DNA from: an uncultured Pseudomonadales bacterium
GTDB taxonomy: Bacteria > Patescibacteriota > Microgenomatia > UBA1400 > PJMF01
Direction: 5' to 3'
Assembly (NCBI GenBank): GCA_964447075.1
Contig: CAYUQY010000003.1
Coordinates: forward strand, 7,463 to 71,462
Length of the DNA: 64,000 bases
Made by a program: the position numbers and the translations under genes
Shown: positions 1-8,355 of the stretch, piece after piece
Layout of the letters: each line of letters starts with the position of its first letter
Position numbering within the stretch: the stretch's first letter is position 1
Notes under the pieces: model-generated
What the model saw: only the letters and a program-made list of their open reading frames with translations
Database searches by the model: none
Told to the model about the DNA's origin: nothing

Positions 1-12
1 GTCTTCTGACAT
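1..12 (-). CDS. rplL: 5' end of probable 50S ribosomal protein L7/L12 (runs off window)
   Basis: ATG TCA GAA GAC (MSED...) on the minus strand just after rplJ; assigned only by canonical rplJ-rplL synteny. Confidence 0.55.
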
Positions 13-81
13 ATTTTGTTCCTTTATAAATTAATAATTTGTATTTTGAATATCTTTTCTTTAAAAATCTTGTTGTCTCAA

Positions 82-585
82 TTACTTCTTATCTACCATA
101 GCCTGTAAGGCATAAACTAGCTTCTGTGTGCCGCCATTGAGAGTGCGCAGTAGACTTGTCGTCTGACCATTGAGCATCATAGCCACTTTGGAGAGCAGCT
201 CAAACTTGCTTGGGAGTTTACTGAGCTCTTCTACTTGGGCTGGGGTCAGAACTCGATCTTCTAAATAGCCTTGTTTGATTATCAGTTTTTCTGACTTCTT
301 GTGAAACTCAAAAACGGCTTTGATTGGGCTAACTGGATCTGAGTAGGCAAAAACTGCTGCAGTCATACCTTGGAGACTCTCACTTAGCTTTCCTTTACCT
401 AGAGCAAGATCAAGAAGTGTGTTTTTGGCTACCAAAACTTCACCTCCGGCTTCTCTGACTCTGTTGCGAAGGGTGGTTTGATCTTTAACGCTAGTTTTAG
501 CGTAGTCCACGATGATGATGCTACTTGATTTGGCTACTTTACTCTTAAGATCTTCAAGTTGGGTAACATTTTGGTTGCTAGGCAT
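82..585 (-). CDS. rplJ: 50S ribosomal protein L10
   Basis: VAKNTLL and LSKLPS motifs; follows rplA; start moved to MPSNQN (585). Confidence 0.95.
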   Translation of the reverse strand: MPSNQNVTQLEDLKSKVAKSSSIIIVDYAKTSVKDQTTLRNRVREAGGEVLVAKNTLLDLALGKGKLSESLQGMTAAVFAYSDPVSPIKAVFEFHKKSEKLIIKQGYLEDRVLTPAQVEELSKLPSKFELLSKVAMMLNGQTTSLLRTLNGGTQKLVYALQAMVDKK

Positions 586-658
586 AAAATTCTCCGGGTG
601 TGTTGCCCAAGAAGCGCAACACAAAAACGCTACATTTTAATAAATTTAAATCTTACCT

Positions 659-741
659 GTCCAAAAAGGGAGAGCTGATTGAGATAAATATCTCAAAATC
701 AAAGATTGCTCCTCGGCGCTGTTTAGGCGCTGTCTTTGGAC
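659..741 (-). promoter_or_regulatory. L10 leader RNA (autogenous control element)
   Basis: Minus strand GTCCAAAGACAGCG...CGCCGAGG...TTTTTGGAC: closing stem plus AGAC/CCGAGG core typical of L10 leaders; TATAAT at 749-754 just upstream. Confidence 0.6.
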
Positions 742-759
742 GACGGCTATTATAACAGA

Positions 760-1473
760 TTATTTTTCTATCGTGACCTTGACACCTGGACTCATGCTAC
801 TGGCTAGGGTTATTTTCAGAACTTTGCCAGTCAGAGCTTTGATCAAGGTTGCCAAGTTTGCTGAGAGTTTAGTCTCATCCATCGAGACTTTTCCCAAAGT
901 GACATGCATTAGGGGAGCTTTCTTCTCTGTTTTGAGAGTCAGCATGCCACCTTCGAGTCTTTTCTTAACTGTCTCAGGATCCTTAGTGATAGTGCCGTTC
1001 TTTGGGTTGGGCATCAAACCTTTTGGTCCCAAGATAGGAGCAAACTTTGCTAGTTTAGGCATGTATTCAGGTGAGGTAACCAAGATGTCAAACTCTAGTG
1101 TGCCTGCAGCAATTTTTTCTAGGAGTGCGTCGCTAGCGATAGCTACCCGGACTGTCTGGCCCGTAGAGTGGGGGAAGGTAATAGAAGTCGTTGTGCCTGC
1201 TTCTCTGACAACTACATGGGCAGTTATGGTGCCGTCAAAAGAACTATAGGACAGCTTCTTGATAAGTTCGATTGCTTCGTGAGGTGTATATGTCTTAGTG
1301 CGGTCGATCTTGGAGCGAACAGAGTGATACTTGAGACTGCGAACTCGGCCTTTTTTGGGAGTTGCTGCCACGGTTACTTCTGCATCGGCTGAAACACTGA
1401 CTTCAGGAGCAGCTACTATTTTGACCTCGTCTTTGTTCTCTGGAGTGTCTTTAGAATTTTTTCGAGCTCCCAT
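760..1473 (-). CDS. rplA: 50S ribosomal protein L1
   Basis: LGPKGLMPNPKNGT and SSMSPG motifs; SD GGAGG upstream. Confidence 0.97.
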   Translation of the reverse strand: MGARKNSKDTPENKDEVKIVAAPEVSVSADAEVTVAATPKKGRVRSLKYHSVRSKIDRTKTYTPHEAIELIKKLSYSSFDGTITAHVVVREAGTTTSITFPHSTGQTVRVAIASDALLEKIAAGTLEFDILVTSPEYMPKLAKFAPILGPKGLMPNPKNGTITKDPETVKKRLEGGMLTLKTEKKAPLMHVTLGKVSMDETKLSANLATLIKALTGKVLKITLASSMSPGVKVTIEK

Positions 1474-1552
1474 ATGTGCCTTTCTCCTCCTGAGCGATCT
1501 TTGGGATAAAGCGCACAGTTTAGCGGAAAATATTTATTTTAATAAACTCAAA

Positions 1553-1975
1553 CTACTCTGTATCGATACCCATACTACGGGCACTGCCCTTGACTGAACG
1601 CATGGCAGCATCAAGATCTGTGGTGTTGAGATCTGGAAGCTTGTCAGTCGCAATTTGTTTGACTTGAGCTGCAGATAGTTTGCCTGCTTTTTTGCCACCT
1701 GGAGTAGCGCTGCCAGCTTTGATTTTCAAGGCTTGCATGATCATGGCTGAGACAGGAGGAAGTTTGAGAACAAAAGTAAAAGATCGATCTTCAAACACTG
1801 TAATCTCGGCAGGAATAATCTGACCTTTTTTGTCTTGAGTTTTGGCGTTGTACTGCTTGAGAAACTCCATCATGTTGATTCCAGATTGTCCCAGAATAGG
1901 TCCAACTGGAGGAGCAGGTGTAGCACTACCTGCTGGTAGATTGAGTTTTAGAACTGCTTTAATTTTTTTTGCCAT
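1553..1975 (-). CDS. rplK: 50S ribosomal protein L11
   Basis: ATPAPPVGPILGQ, DRSFTF and GSARSMG motifs. Confidence 0.98.
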   Translation of the reverse strand: MAKKIKAVLKLNLPAGSATPAPPVGPILGQSGINMMEFLKQYNAKTQDKKGQIIPAEITVFEDRSFTFVLKLPPVSAMIMQALKIKAGSATPGGKKAGKLSAAQVKQIATDKLPDLNTTDLDAAMRSVKGSARSMGIDTE

Positions 1976-2004
1976 ATATTTTACTTTCTAACTTGAAGCT
2001 GCAG

Positions 2005-2637
2005 CTATACTTTCTGAATCTGTAAAAAGTCTAGCTCAACTGGTGTTTCTCGACCGAAAATACTTACTAGGACCTCGACTTTGCCTTTTTCTTCGTTGAT
2101 AGACTTGACTGTACCCAAGAAGTCTAAGAATGGTCCATCGATGATCTTGACGGCTTCGCCTTCAGTAAAGTCTGCCTTGTATTGAGGAGTACCTAGATTC
2201 ATGTACTTCTGGATAGCCTGAACTTCGTGCTTAGGTAGGGGAGTTGGTTTGTTGCCGATGCCGACGAAGCCAGTAACCCCCTGAGTGGTGCGCACGGCTA
2301 GCCAAGCGTCGTCAGATAACTCGAGCTTAACAAGCATGTAGCCAGGAAAAATTTTCTCGTTGATAGTCTTTCTTTGACCTCTCTTGATCATGATGCGCTC
2401 TTGAACTGGGATCAAGACTTCCAAGATTTTATCCTCTAGGTTGAGTGTCTGAGTTCTCTGCTTGAGAGTCTCGGCAACTTTGTTCTCATGTCCTGAGTAG
2501 GTGTGAACCACATACCATCTGGCTTTTTTGTTCTCTACTTGAGAGATAAACAAGTGATGTGGTGTAGAAATTTTGACCTCTTGTACCTCTGGTACTTCTG
2601 GAATTTCAGTGATGGTGTTGTCGTTGGTTGTGTTCAT
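2005..2637 (-). CDS. nusG: Transcription termination/antitermination factor NusG
   Basis: WYVVHTYSGHE, FPGY, KOW region IIDGPF, IFGRETPVEL. Confidence 0.98.
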   Translation of the reverse strand: MNTTNDNTITEIPEVPEVQEVKISTPHHLFISQVENKKARWYVVHTYSGHENKVAETLKQRTQTLNLEDKILEVLIPVQERIMIKRGQRKTINEKIFPGYMLVKLELSDDAWLAVRTTQGVTGFVGIGNKPTPLPKHEVQAIQKYMNLGTPQYKADFTEGEAVKIIDGPFLDFLGTVKSINEEKGKVEVLVSIFGRETPVELDFLQIQKV

Positions 2638-2689
2638 TGTTTCAATTTTTTCTACTGACAGAGCTTCCTGTTCAAAGTTGCTCAGGGTG

Positions 2690-2896
2690 TTATTGTATCA
2701 AAAGAGCTATCAATCTGTTGAGGATAAAATCGTAAAATCCGATCACTCCCCCAACAATCAGGCAAGCAACGATCACAGTTGTTGTTTTTTTGATCGTCTC
2801 TTTTTTAGAAGGCCAAGTTACTTTTTTTGCCTCATCCTGAACGCTCTTGAGATATAAAGCGAGCGTGGTGAAAGGTGTCAGCAAAGACATACGCAT
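2690..2896 (-). CDS. secE: Preprotein translocase SecE
   Basis: KKVTWPS motif plus one TM helix; upstream of nusG. Confidence 0.93.
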   Translation of the reverse strand: MRMSLLTPFTTLALYLKSVQDEAKKVTWPSKKETIKKTTTVIVACLIVGGVIGFYDFILNRLIALLIQ

Positions 2897-3053
2897 GAGA
2901 TTTTACTTCAAAGAAGAGGTATTGTATCAGGTGTTTGGAAAAATGTTCTAAGTAATAGCTTTTAGAGAGGCTTGATGTTGCTACTGAATCTTATTTGATG
3001 ACGGTCTAGTTCGTCTAGTGAGCTACTACAGCTGATAAGCGTTCTAGGGCAGT

Positions 3054-5720
3054 TTAGCGAACAGATTTGTAAGAATCTTTTTGTTGCATCTGGGTAATCA
3101 TGGTGGGTGGAGCAGATGTAGCTTGGGACAAGGGCCGACCTACTGGAGGAGCTTGTGTTTGTTGTTGACGAAGAGCTTGAATGCGTGACTCAAGGCTTTT
3201 TTCATAGGAGTTGGGAACACCTGAGACACCTCCAGAACTACGGACTTGAGATTGATAACTAGGTTCTGATCTGTGGAAGAGAGCTATCAAGATGCCTACG
3301 ATAAGCAGTCCCAGTCCTACGATTAGGGCCAGGAGAGGAATAGATAGACCTCTCTGTTGTAGTCCAAACATAATGTCATCAAGCGCTGAGCGGCTAACTG
3401 GTGATGGTGATGGCAGTAAGCTAGAAATAGGTTTGAGAGATGGTGAAGGTGAAGCACTTGGTGAAGGACTTGAGACACAGTAGCCTTCAGCTGGGGTTGG
3501 TAGCTTACATGGCTTCGGTAAGTCCAGACATGTGGGTCTTACTCTACATGACTCTGGAGATGGTGATGCTTCTGTTAGTTCTTCTACTTCAGTACCTTTG
3601 GTATCTAGCTCCTCTGTAAACTCATTGTCGATGTAGATAATCTTGTATGGTCGGCAAGTATTGCTAGTAGGATTAGAAATGTGTCGACAGATGCCATCAA
3701 AGCAGCGTAGAGATGATCCACACTGAGAGTTACTACTACAGGCTCTGTTGCAGTTCAGTCTGATTGTGTTTTGAATAATTTCTGTAGGAGCTACACAAGA
3801 AGTACTGTCGATGTTATCTGGTCGACGACAGCGGTTGTACCAGCATGAGAAACCTGTACTGCACTCACTTGCATCTGCGCAGTACTCGTTACAAGACCTG
3901 TTGATGCCATCGTCTATTGGAGCACTACAAGTTGGGGATGAGACGTTGGTAGCTAGACGGCACTGATTGCCAAAGCAGCGTAAGTTGGAAGCACAGTCGT
4001 TATTGGTAGAGCAGGAGTTGTTGCAGCCTTGGATAGGGTTAGGCGTCGTTCCACTACATCTAGGGATGTTGAAAGCAATTGAGCCGGTGTGTGTCTGGCC
4101 GTTGTAAAGTCTGACATAGTAGTTGGTGTCTGGGTTGATACCAGAGAGAGATGAGCCATTGACGCTAAAGCCAGAGAAAATATTTGTTTGGGTGCTACCA
4201 GAGACATTCTTGTTGGAGAAGCCTGAGAAAGTAGAGTTGTTGCTGACATCTACCCAAGTGATGTTGGACATGTTCCAGGTTGCTCTGGCGACATCCCCTG
4301 TTGAGTGATCACTTAAACAGCTTACAAGTGGGTAGACTTGGAAGGTGTTGACAGGCAGCTCACATAATGGGAAACCTATAGAGACTGTCCCACTGTGAGT
4401 TTGACCATTGTAGGTGCGGAGATAGTAAGTTGTACCTGGTGTAATCAGAGTGACGGCTGTGCGACTGAAGCCTTCCAAGTTCTGTGTCAAGTTGACGAAG
4501 TTGGTACCTCCCACATATCGGTTGGAGAAGGTGTTGAAGTTAGGATCAGTACTGATGTCGACCCAAGTAGTACTACTGCCTGTCCAGTTTAGTCGTGTTA
4601 TGGTGGCGCCGGAGACTTGACCAGTGACACAGCTTGTACTCTGTGAAAAAGTAGGTAATGGGCAACTACCGCAGTCTTTGGTCTGGTTGCAGGCAGTTGT
4701 GACACCGCAGCGGTTGACGCAGTAGTTTTCTACCATCCAAGGGGGGTCACAGACAATTATTGGGCTGGCGCTAGGTGAGGCCGAAGGACTGGCAGATGGT
4801 GAAGCGCTAGGAGAGGCCGAAGGACTTGCAGATGGCGAGGCCGAAGGACTGGCGCTGGGGCTGGCAGAAGGACTTGCTGATGGCGAAGCACTTGGTGAGG
4901 CAGAAGGACTTGCACTGGGGCTGGCGCTAGGTGAGGCCGAAGGACTGGCAGATGGTGAAGCGCTAGGAGAGGCCGAAGGACTTGCGCTAGGACTCGCAGA
5001 TGGGTCAATTGATGGGCTGGCACTAGGACTCGCAGATGGATCGATAGAAGGACTTGCAGAAGGACTGGCGCTGGGGGATCCGCTTGGAGGTAAATTTAAG
5101 ACATAAAAATCTATAGGATCCATGAGCATGAGTTGATCATTTGGAGGTAGACTTCCAGCAATAGTAGCTCTAGATAGAGTGTTGTCAAAGGTGAAGGTGA
5201 TAGTTCCTACACTTTGTGGCGTGAAAGTTAGATTTAGGAAAATTTCATTTGCTACGAATGGCTCAGCGATTTCTTTGATAGCTAAAAACTGAACTCTGTA
5301 GCCATTGGCTATCGTAGTTACATTGGCACCTGCTATTTGATAACCATTGACTGTGACTGCTTGAATTATTGGTGAAGTGAATTGGGATGCCGAAGTTATG
5401 GTGAAGTCGAGCTGGACACCATCGATGTTAGCTCCTTGGGTGTTGACTGAGAAGGCTATGTTGCTGGACTCATTGAGATATAGCTCGTTACCTGGGTAAG
5501 GACCTGACGGAGCGACAATCACAGTGCCACCTCGCACCGCAGCCTGCTTGCGCAGGTCTTGGTTTTCATCGAGTCTTGATTGAGAGATAACTGCGAAAAG
5601 GCCTATAAAAGCTATCAGAGAAAATACTGCGAGTGGTAAAAAGATGGGTAGCTTGGCAGAAGTTACCATTTTCTTAAAGTAAGATTTAAACTGTGTAGTG
5701 TTGCTAGATCCAAGCGACAT
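3054..5720 (-). CDS. Large membrane-anchored surface protein (cohesin-like N domain, SPSA linker, duplicated beta domains, three Cys-rich repeats, C-terminal TM)
   Basis: N-terminal TM; NTQGANIDGVQLDF...GTITFTFD; long SPSA run; two TWVDxS...YY(L/V)RxYNGQTH units; CNxxC...C repeats; TM and polar tail. Confidence 0.8.
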   Translation of the reverse strand: MSLGSSNTTQFKSYFKKMVTSAKLPIFLPLAVFSLIAFIGLFAVISQSRLDENQDLRKQAAVRGGTVIVAPSGPYPGNELYLNESSNIAFSVNTQGANIDGVQLDFTITSASQFTSPIIQAVTVNGYQIAGANVTTIANGYRVQFLAIKEIAEPFVANEIFLNLTFTPQSVGTITFTFDNTLSRATIAGSLPPNDQLMLMDPIDFYVLNLPPSGSPSASPSASPSIDPSASPSASPSIDPSASPSASPSASPSASPSASPSASPSASPSASPSASPSASPSASPSASPSASPSASPSASPSASPSASPSASPSASPSASPIIVCDPPWMVENYCVNRCGVTTACNQTKDCGSCPLPTFSQSTSCVTGQVSGATITRLNWTGSSTTWVDISTDPNFNTFSNRYVGGTNFVNLTQNLEGFSRTAVTLITPGTTYYLRTYNGQTHSGTVSIGFPLCELPVNTFQVYPLVSCLSDHSTGDVARATWNMSNITWVDVSNNSTFSGFSNKNVSGSTQTNIFSGFSVNGSSLSGINPDTNYYVRLYNGQTHTGSIAFNIPRCSGTTPNPIQGCNNSCSTNNDCASNLRCFGNQCRLATNVSSPTCSAPIDDGINRSCNEYCADASECSTGFSCWYNRCRRPDNIDSTSCVAPTEIIQNTIRLNCNRACSSNSQCGSSLRCFDGICRHISNPTSNTCRPYKIIYIDNEFTEELDTKGTEVEELTEASPSPESCRVRPTCLDLPKPCKLPTPAEGYCVSSPSPSASPSPSLKPISSLLPSPSPVSRSALDDIMFGLQQRGLSIPLLALIVGLGLLIVGILIALFHRSEPSYQSQVRSSGGVSGVPNSYEKSLESRIQALRQQQTQAPPVGRPLSQATSAPPTMITQMQQKDSYKSVR
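4760..5085. repeat. Coding 12-bp-period tandem repeat (SPSA)n containing a 68-bp exact duplication
   Basis: 4762-4829 is identical to 4918-4985. Confidence 0.9.
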
Positions 5721-5789
5721 AAGTATTTTTTTGAGTTAAGTTATTGATTTATTGGTTAATTTAGTGGAATAGCTTCTATAAATAAATCA

Positions 5790-6656
5790 TCAGAAAGTCA
5801 AAGAATAATCAAGTATGTCAACATATCCGTCATTATTCAAGTCAGAGATTGAGTTTGGAGAAGTCGAGAAAAGAGAGTTGGCTAGTATGGTGTAGTCTAC
5901 AAGATTTGCAGAGCCATCAAAGTTGAGATCTGATCTCACAATGCAGACTTTGGGAACATTGTTGGGTGGCTGATAACATCTTTCTTTGGGAAAAGTAGAG
6001 GAGCAGTCACTAGTAGTTTGACAGGCTGGGAAAAGCTCCATGCTGTTACCAGCATCAGCCTTTTCTGGAATACTGAAGCTGATTTGACGTGGAAAAAACC
6101 CCCGAGAAGCAAACTGATTGCGTGTGTCTCGTAGAGTGCCCATGTTTGATGCTTTACTGGCAAAACGAAAGATGGTTCCGTCAAGAGTTGGAGGAACTTG
6201 CTCTGGAGGCTCTGCCCCGCAAAAGATAGGTTCAACAGTTTGGTTTTCGCTGACAGAAAAAGCAAACATTTTACCTAGATATACAGCTGAAGCCAATCCT
6301 GTAGAGCTGTCATTGACGTCGACATTGTACCAATCAGAGTTAGGTAAACAGCTGCTCAATGGAGTAGAGCCTGTATTGATGTAGACGTCGACTCTTTTTC
6401 CCAGGGAGTTCTGATCTTGCCTAAACCAGCCGTTGGCCTCTATGACATCTGTAACAGGTGATGGAGTTGGCGAGGCACATACGTCACATCCGCAGGGATC
6501 GACGACGATAGGGCATTCACCAATATTTACTGTAGGGCAAACTACATCAGGACAGATAATTGCTTGAGCAGAAGAGCTTGTTAAGAAAAAACAGAGTAGA
6601 AAGCTAGCTAAAAAAGCAGTAGTTCTAACAATGGCCCTGTCTGCAGATAAGCTCAT
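5790..6656 (-). CDS. Secreted Cys-containing protein with C-terminal dockerin-like domain
   Basis: Signal peptide ending AQA; tandem Ca-loop repeats DLNFDGSANLVDY and DLNNDGYVDILDY. Confidence 0.75.
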   Translation of the reverse strand: MSLSADRAIVRTTAFLASFLLCFFLTSSSAQAIICPDVVCPTVNIGECPIVVDPCGCDVCASPTPSPVTDVIEANGWFRQDQNSLGKRVDVYINTGSTPLSSCLPNSDWYNVDVNDSSTGLASAVYLGKMFAFSVSENQTVEPIFCGAEPPEQVPPTLDGTIFRFASKASNMGTLRDTRNQFASRGFFPRQISFSIPEKADAGNSMELFPACQTTSDCSSTFPKERCYQPPNNVPKVCIVRSDLNFDGSANLVDYTILANSLFSTSPNSISDLNNDGYVDILDYSLTF

Positions 6657-6677
6657 GGCTTAACTTTAGCACCTAAT

Positions 6678-6707
6678 TTGACATGGATGCAAGGGTGGGA
6701 TTATCAT
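6678..6707 (+). promoter_or_regulatory. Sigma70-type promoter of galU
   Basis: TTGACA (6678-6683), 18 nt, TATCAT (6702-6707), 8 nt before ATG. Confidence 0.55.
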
Positions 6708-6715
6708 CAGAGACT

Positions 6716-7600
6716 ATGAACAAACGCGTACGCAAAGCAATTATCACTGATGCTGGTTTTGCTAGTAGATATCTCCCGATCACCAAGACAGTGCCCAAGT
6801 CGATGTTGCCTTTTGGTAACAAGCCAATCATGCAGTTTATAGTTGAAGAGTGTGTAGAAGCTGGTATAGAGGAAATAATTCTTGTGGCCACACCCGAAGG
6901 AAAGCCAATTTATGATGACTACTTCAACAACTCGGTCAATCGTATTCGCAAGCAGCTTTCAGAACAGGGCAAGGAAGAACGCTACGAGCCTGTCCAGCAC
7001 GTCCTGAACTTTCCCAAGATAATTGTGGTCGTTCAAGACCCAAGCCTACCTTATGGCAATGGTTCACCAGTGGCATCGGCAGCCAAATTTGTAGAAGGCG
7101 AAGAAGCTTTTCTAGTGATGTACAGTGATGATGTTGTTTTCGGCTCGCCTGGAGACGCCAAAGTCATGGTGGATTTATACGAACAAAACCCAACTGTCGA
7201 AGGAATTATCATGGCTCAGGAAGTGAGTGCAAGCGACGTGGACAAGTACGGCATTATTAGTTTTAAAGAAGGTACGACCAATCAGCTTGAAAATATTATA
7301 GAAAAGCCTGATAAAGGCTCGCAACCTTCACTTCTAGCATCCTACGGCAGATATCTACTCAAACCATCAGTATTTGAGTTCTTAACACCCTCAAACACGG
7401 GCAAAGATAAAGAATTATGGACAGTTGATGCAGTAACGCTACTTGCTAAAAGCCACCCTATTCTGGTAGAACATACTAAAGGTAGATGGATGACTACAGG
7501 TGACCCAGAAAACTACTTCAAAGCTCACATGAATTTTGTTCTGAAGCATGAGAAGTATGGTGCACAACTAGAGTTGTGGATGAAAGAGTTTGCTCTTTAA
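6716..7600 (+). CDS. galU: UTP-glucose-1-phosphate uridylyltransferase-like sugar nucleotidyltransferase
   Basis: AIITDAGFASRYLPITKTVPKSMLP, IIEKP, YGRY. Confidence 0.85.
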   Translation: MNKRVRKAIITDAGFASRYLPITKTVPKSMLPFGNKPIMQFIVEECVEAGIEEIILVATPEGKPIYDDYFNNSVNRIRKQLSEQGKEERYEPVQHVLNFPKIIVVVQDPSLPYGNGSPVASAAKFVEGEEAFLVMYSDDVVFGSPGDAKVMVDLYEQNPTVEGIIMAQEVSASDVDKYGIISFKEGTTNQLENIIEKPDKGSQPSLLASYGRYLLKPSVFEFLTPSNTGKDKELWTVDAVTLLAKSHPILVEHTKGRWMTTGDPENYFKAHMNFVLKHEKYGAQLELWMKEFAL

Positions 7601-7614
7601 CACTCATAAATTAT

Positions 7615-7776
7615 TCAAGCGCTTCACTTTTTTTGTGTGGGATCCTAAGAATTTCCTCGATAAGTTTCTTATATGGGTTTTTGGAGTGTCTGCTGCACCC
7701 GTGGGTGTGGAAGCATCCTACCCACTTTTCTCTCAAGGGGAATAGAGGATCCCACGCATAAGGAGTGATACTTTGA
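7615..7776 (+). ncRNA. ssrS: Probable 6S RNA (long rod hairpin with central bubble)
   Basis: 7624-7646 pairs with 7746-7768; inner helices; U/A-rich internal bubble; apical stem CTGCACCC/GGGTGTGG; G-U pairs favour the + strand. Confidence 0.6.
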
Positions 7777-7981
7777 TAGCTGGTAGTTATAAATTTCCCA
7801 AATATTTCGATTGTTTAGCTTTCTACTGTGCTACAATTCGGCCTTACTTGTTGGCTTATTTTTCGTGTTGCGATGATAGCTGAAGTTTGATCTTGTAGCT
7901 TGGGTTGGTAGACAGTCACTACTGCGAGTAGCTTGGCCATCTAGATAGGCCAAGTGAAGTTTGTAAGATAATTTGGTGAAT

Positions 7982-8057
7982 GCCCTTGTAGCTCAGCTGG
8001 TAGAGCGCAGTCTTGGTAAGACTGAGGCCTCGGGTTCGAATCCCGACGGGGGCTCCA
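7982..8057 (+). tRNA. tRNA-Thr(GGT)
   Basis: Cloverleaf; anticodon arm CAGTC-TTGGTAA-GACTG; GTTCGAATC; encoded CCA. Confidence 0.97.
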
Positions 8058-8058
8058 T

Positions 8059-8141
8059 GCCAGGTTACCCAAGTGGTCAAAGGGGGCAGACTGTAAATCT
8101 GCTGGGTCACACCTTCGAAGGTCCGAATCCTTCACCTGGCA
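8059..8141 (+). tRNA. tRNA-Tyr(GTA)
   Basis: GCAGA-CTGTAAA-TCTGC; long variable arm; T-loop reads GTCCGAATC; CCA not encoded. Confidence 0.93.
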
Positions 8142-8355
8142 CATCTGCTAGCGCTAGCTAGCTTTAGGCATAAATTCCAACTTGAAATTTTTTTTATAGA
8201 ACAAGCGGCTTAGAGCTGAAAGATCTCTAAATATGTCGCTTTGGATTGATCAACCAGATAGAAGTTGGCAAAAAACCAACGCGAAATGTCGCTTAACCAA
8301 ATGTGCTTGATTTCTGCAACTTAACTGTTAGAGTATGCTTTCTGCCTAAATAATT

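Noticed and set aside
4760-5085. Repeat array as CRISPR
   Set aside because: It is an in-frame coding repeat with no unique spacers, and no cas genes are in the window
7576-7761. 61-aa ORF, or SRP RNA
   Set aside because: The ORF overlaps the structured hairpin and has no protein features; the SRP GGAA-tetraloop helix is absent
7919-8161. Three short ORFs
   Set aside because: They are shadows of tRNA-Thr and tRNA-Tyr; 9742-9993 is likewise a shadow of tRNA-Thr(TGT)
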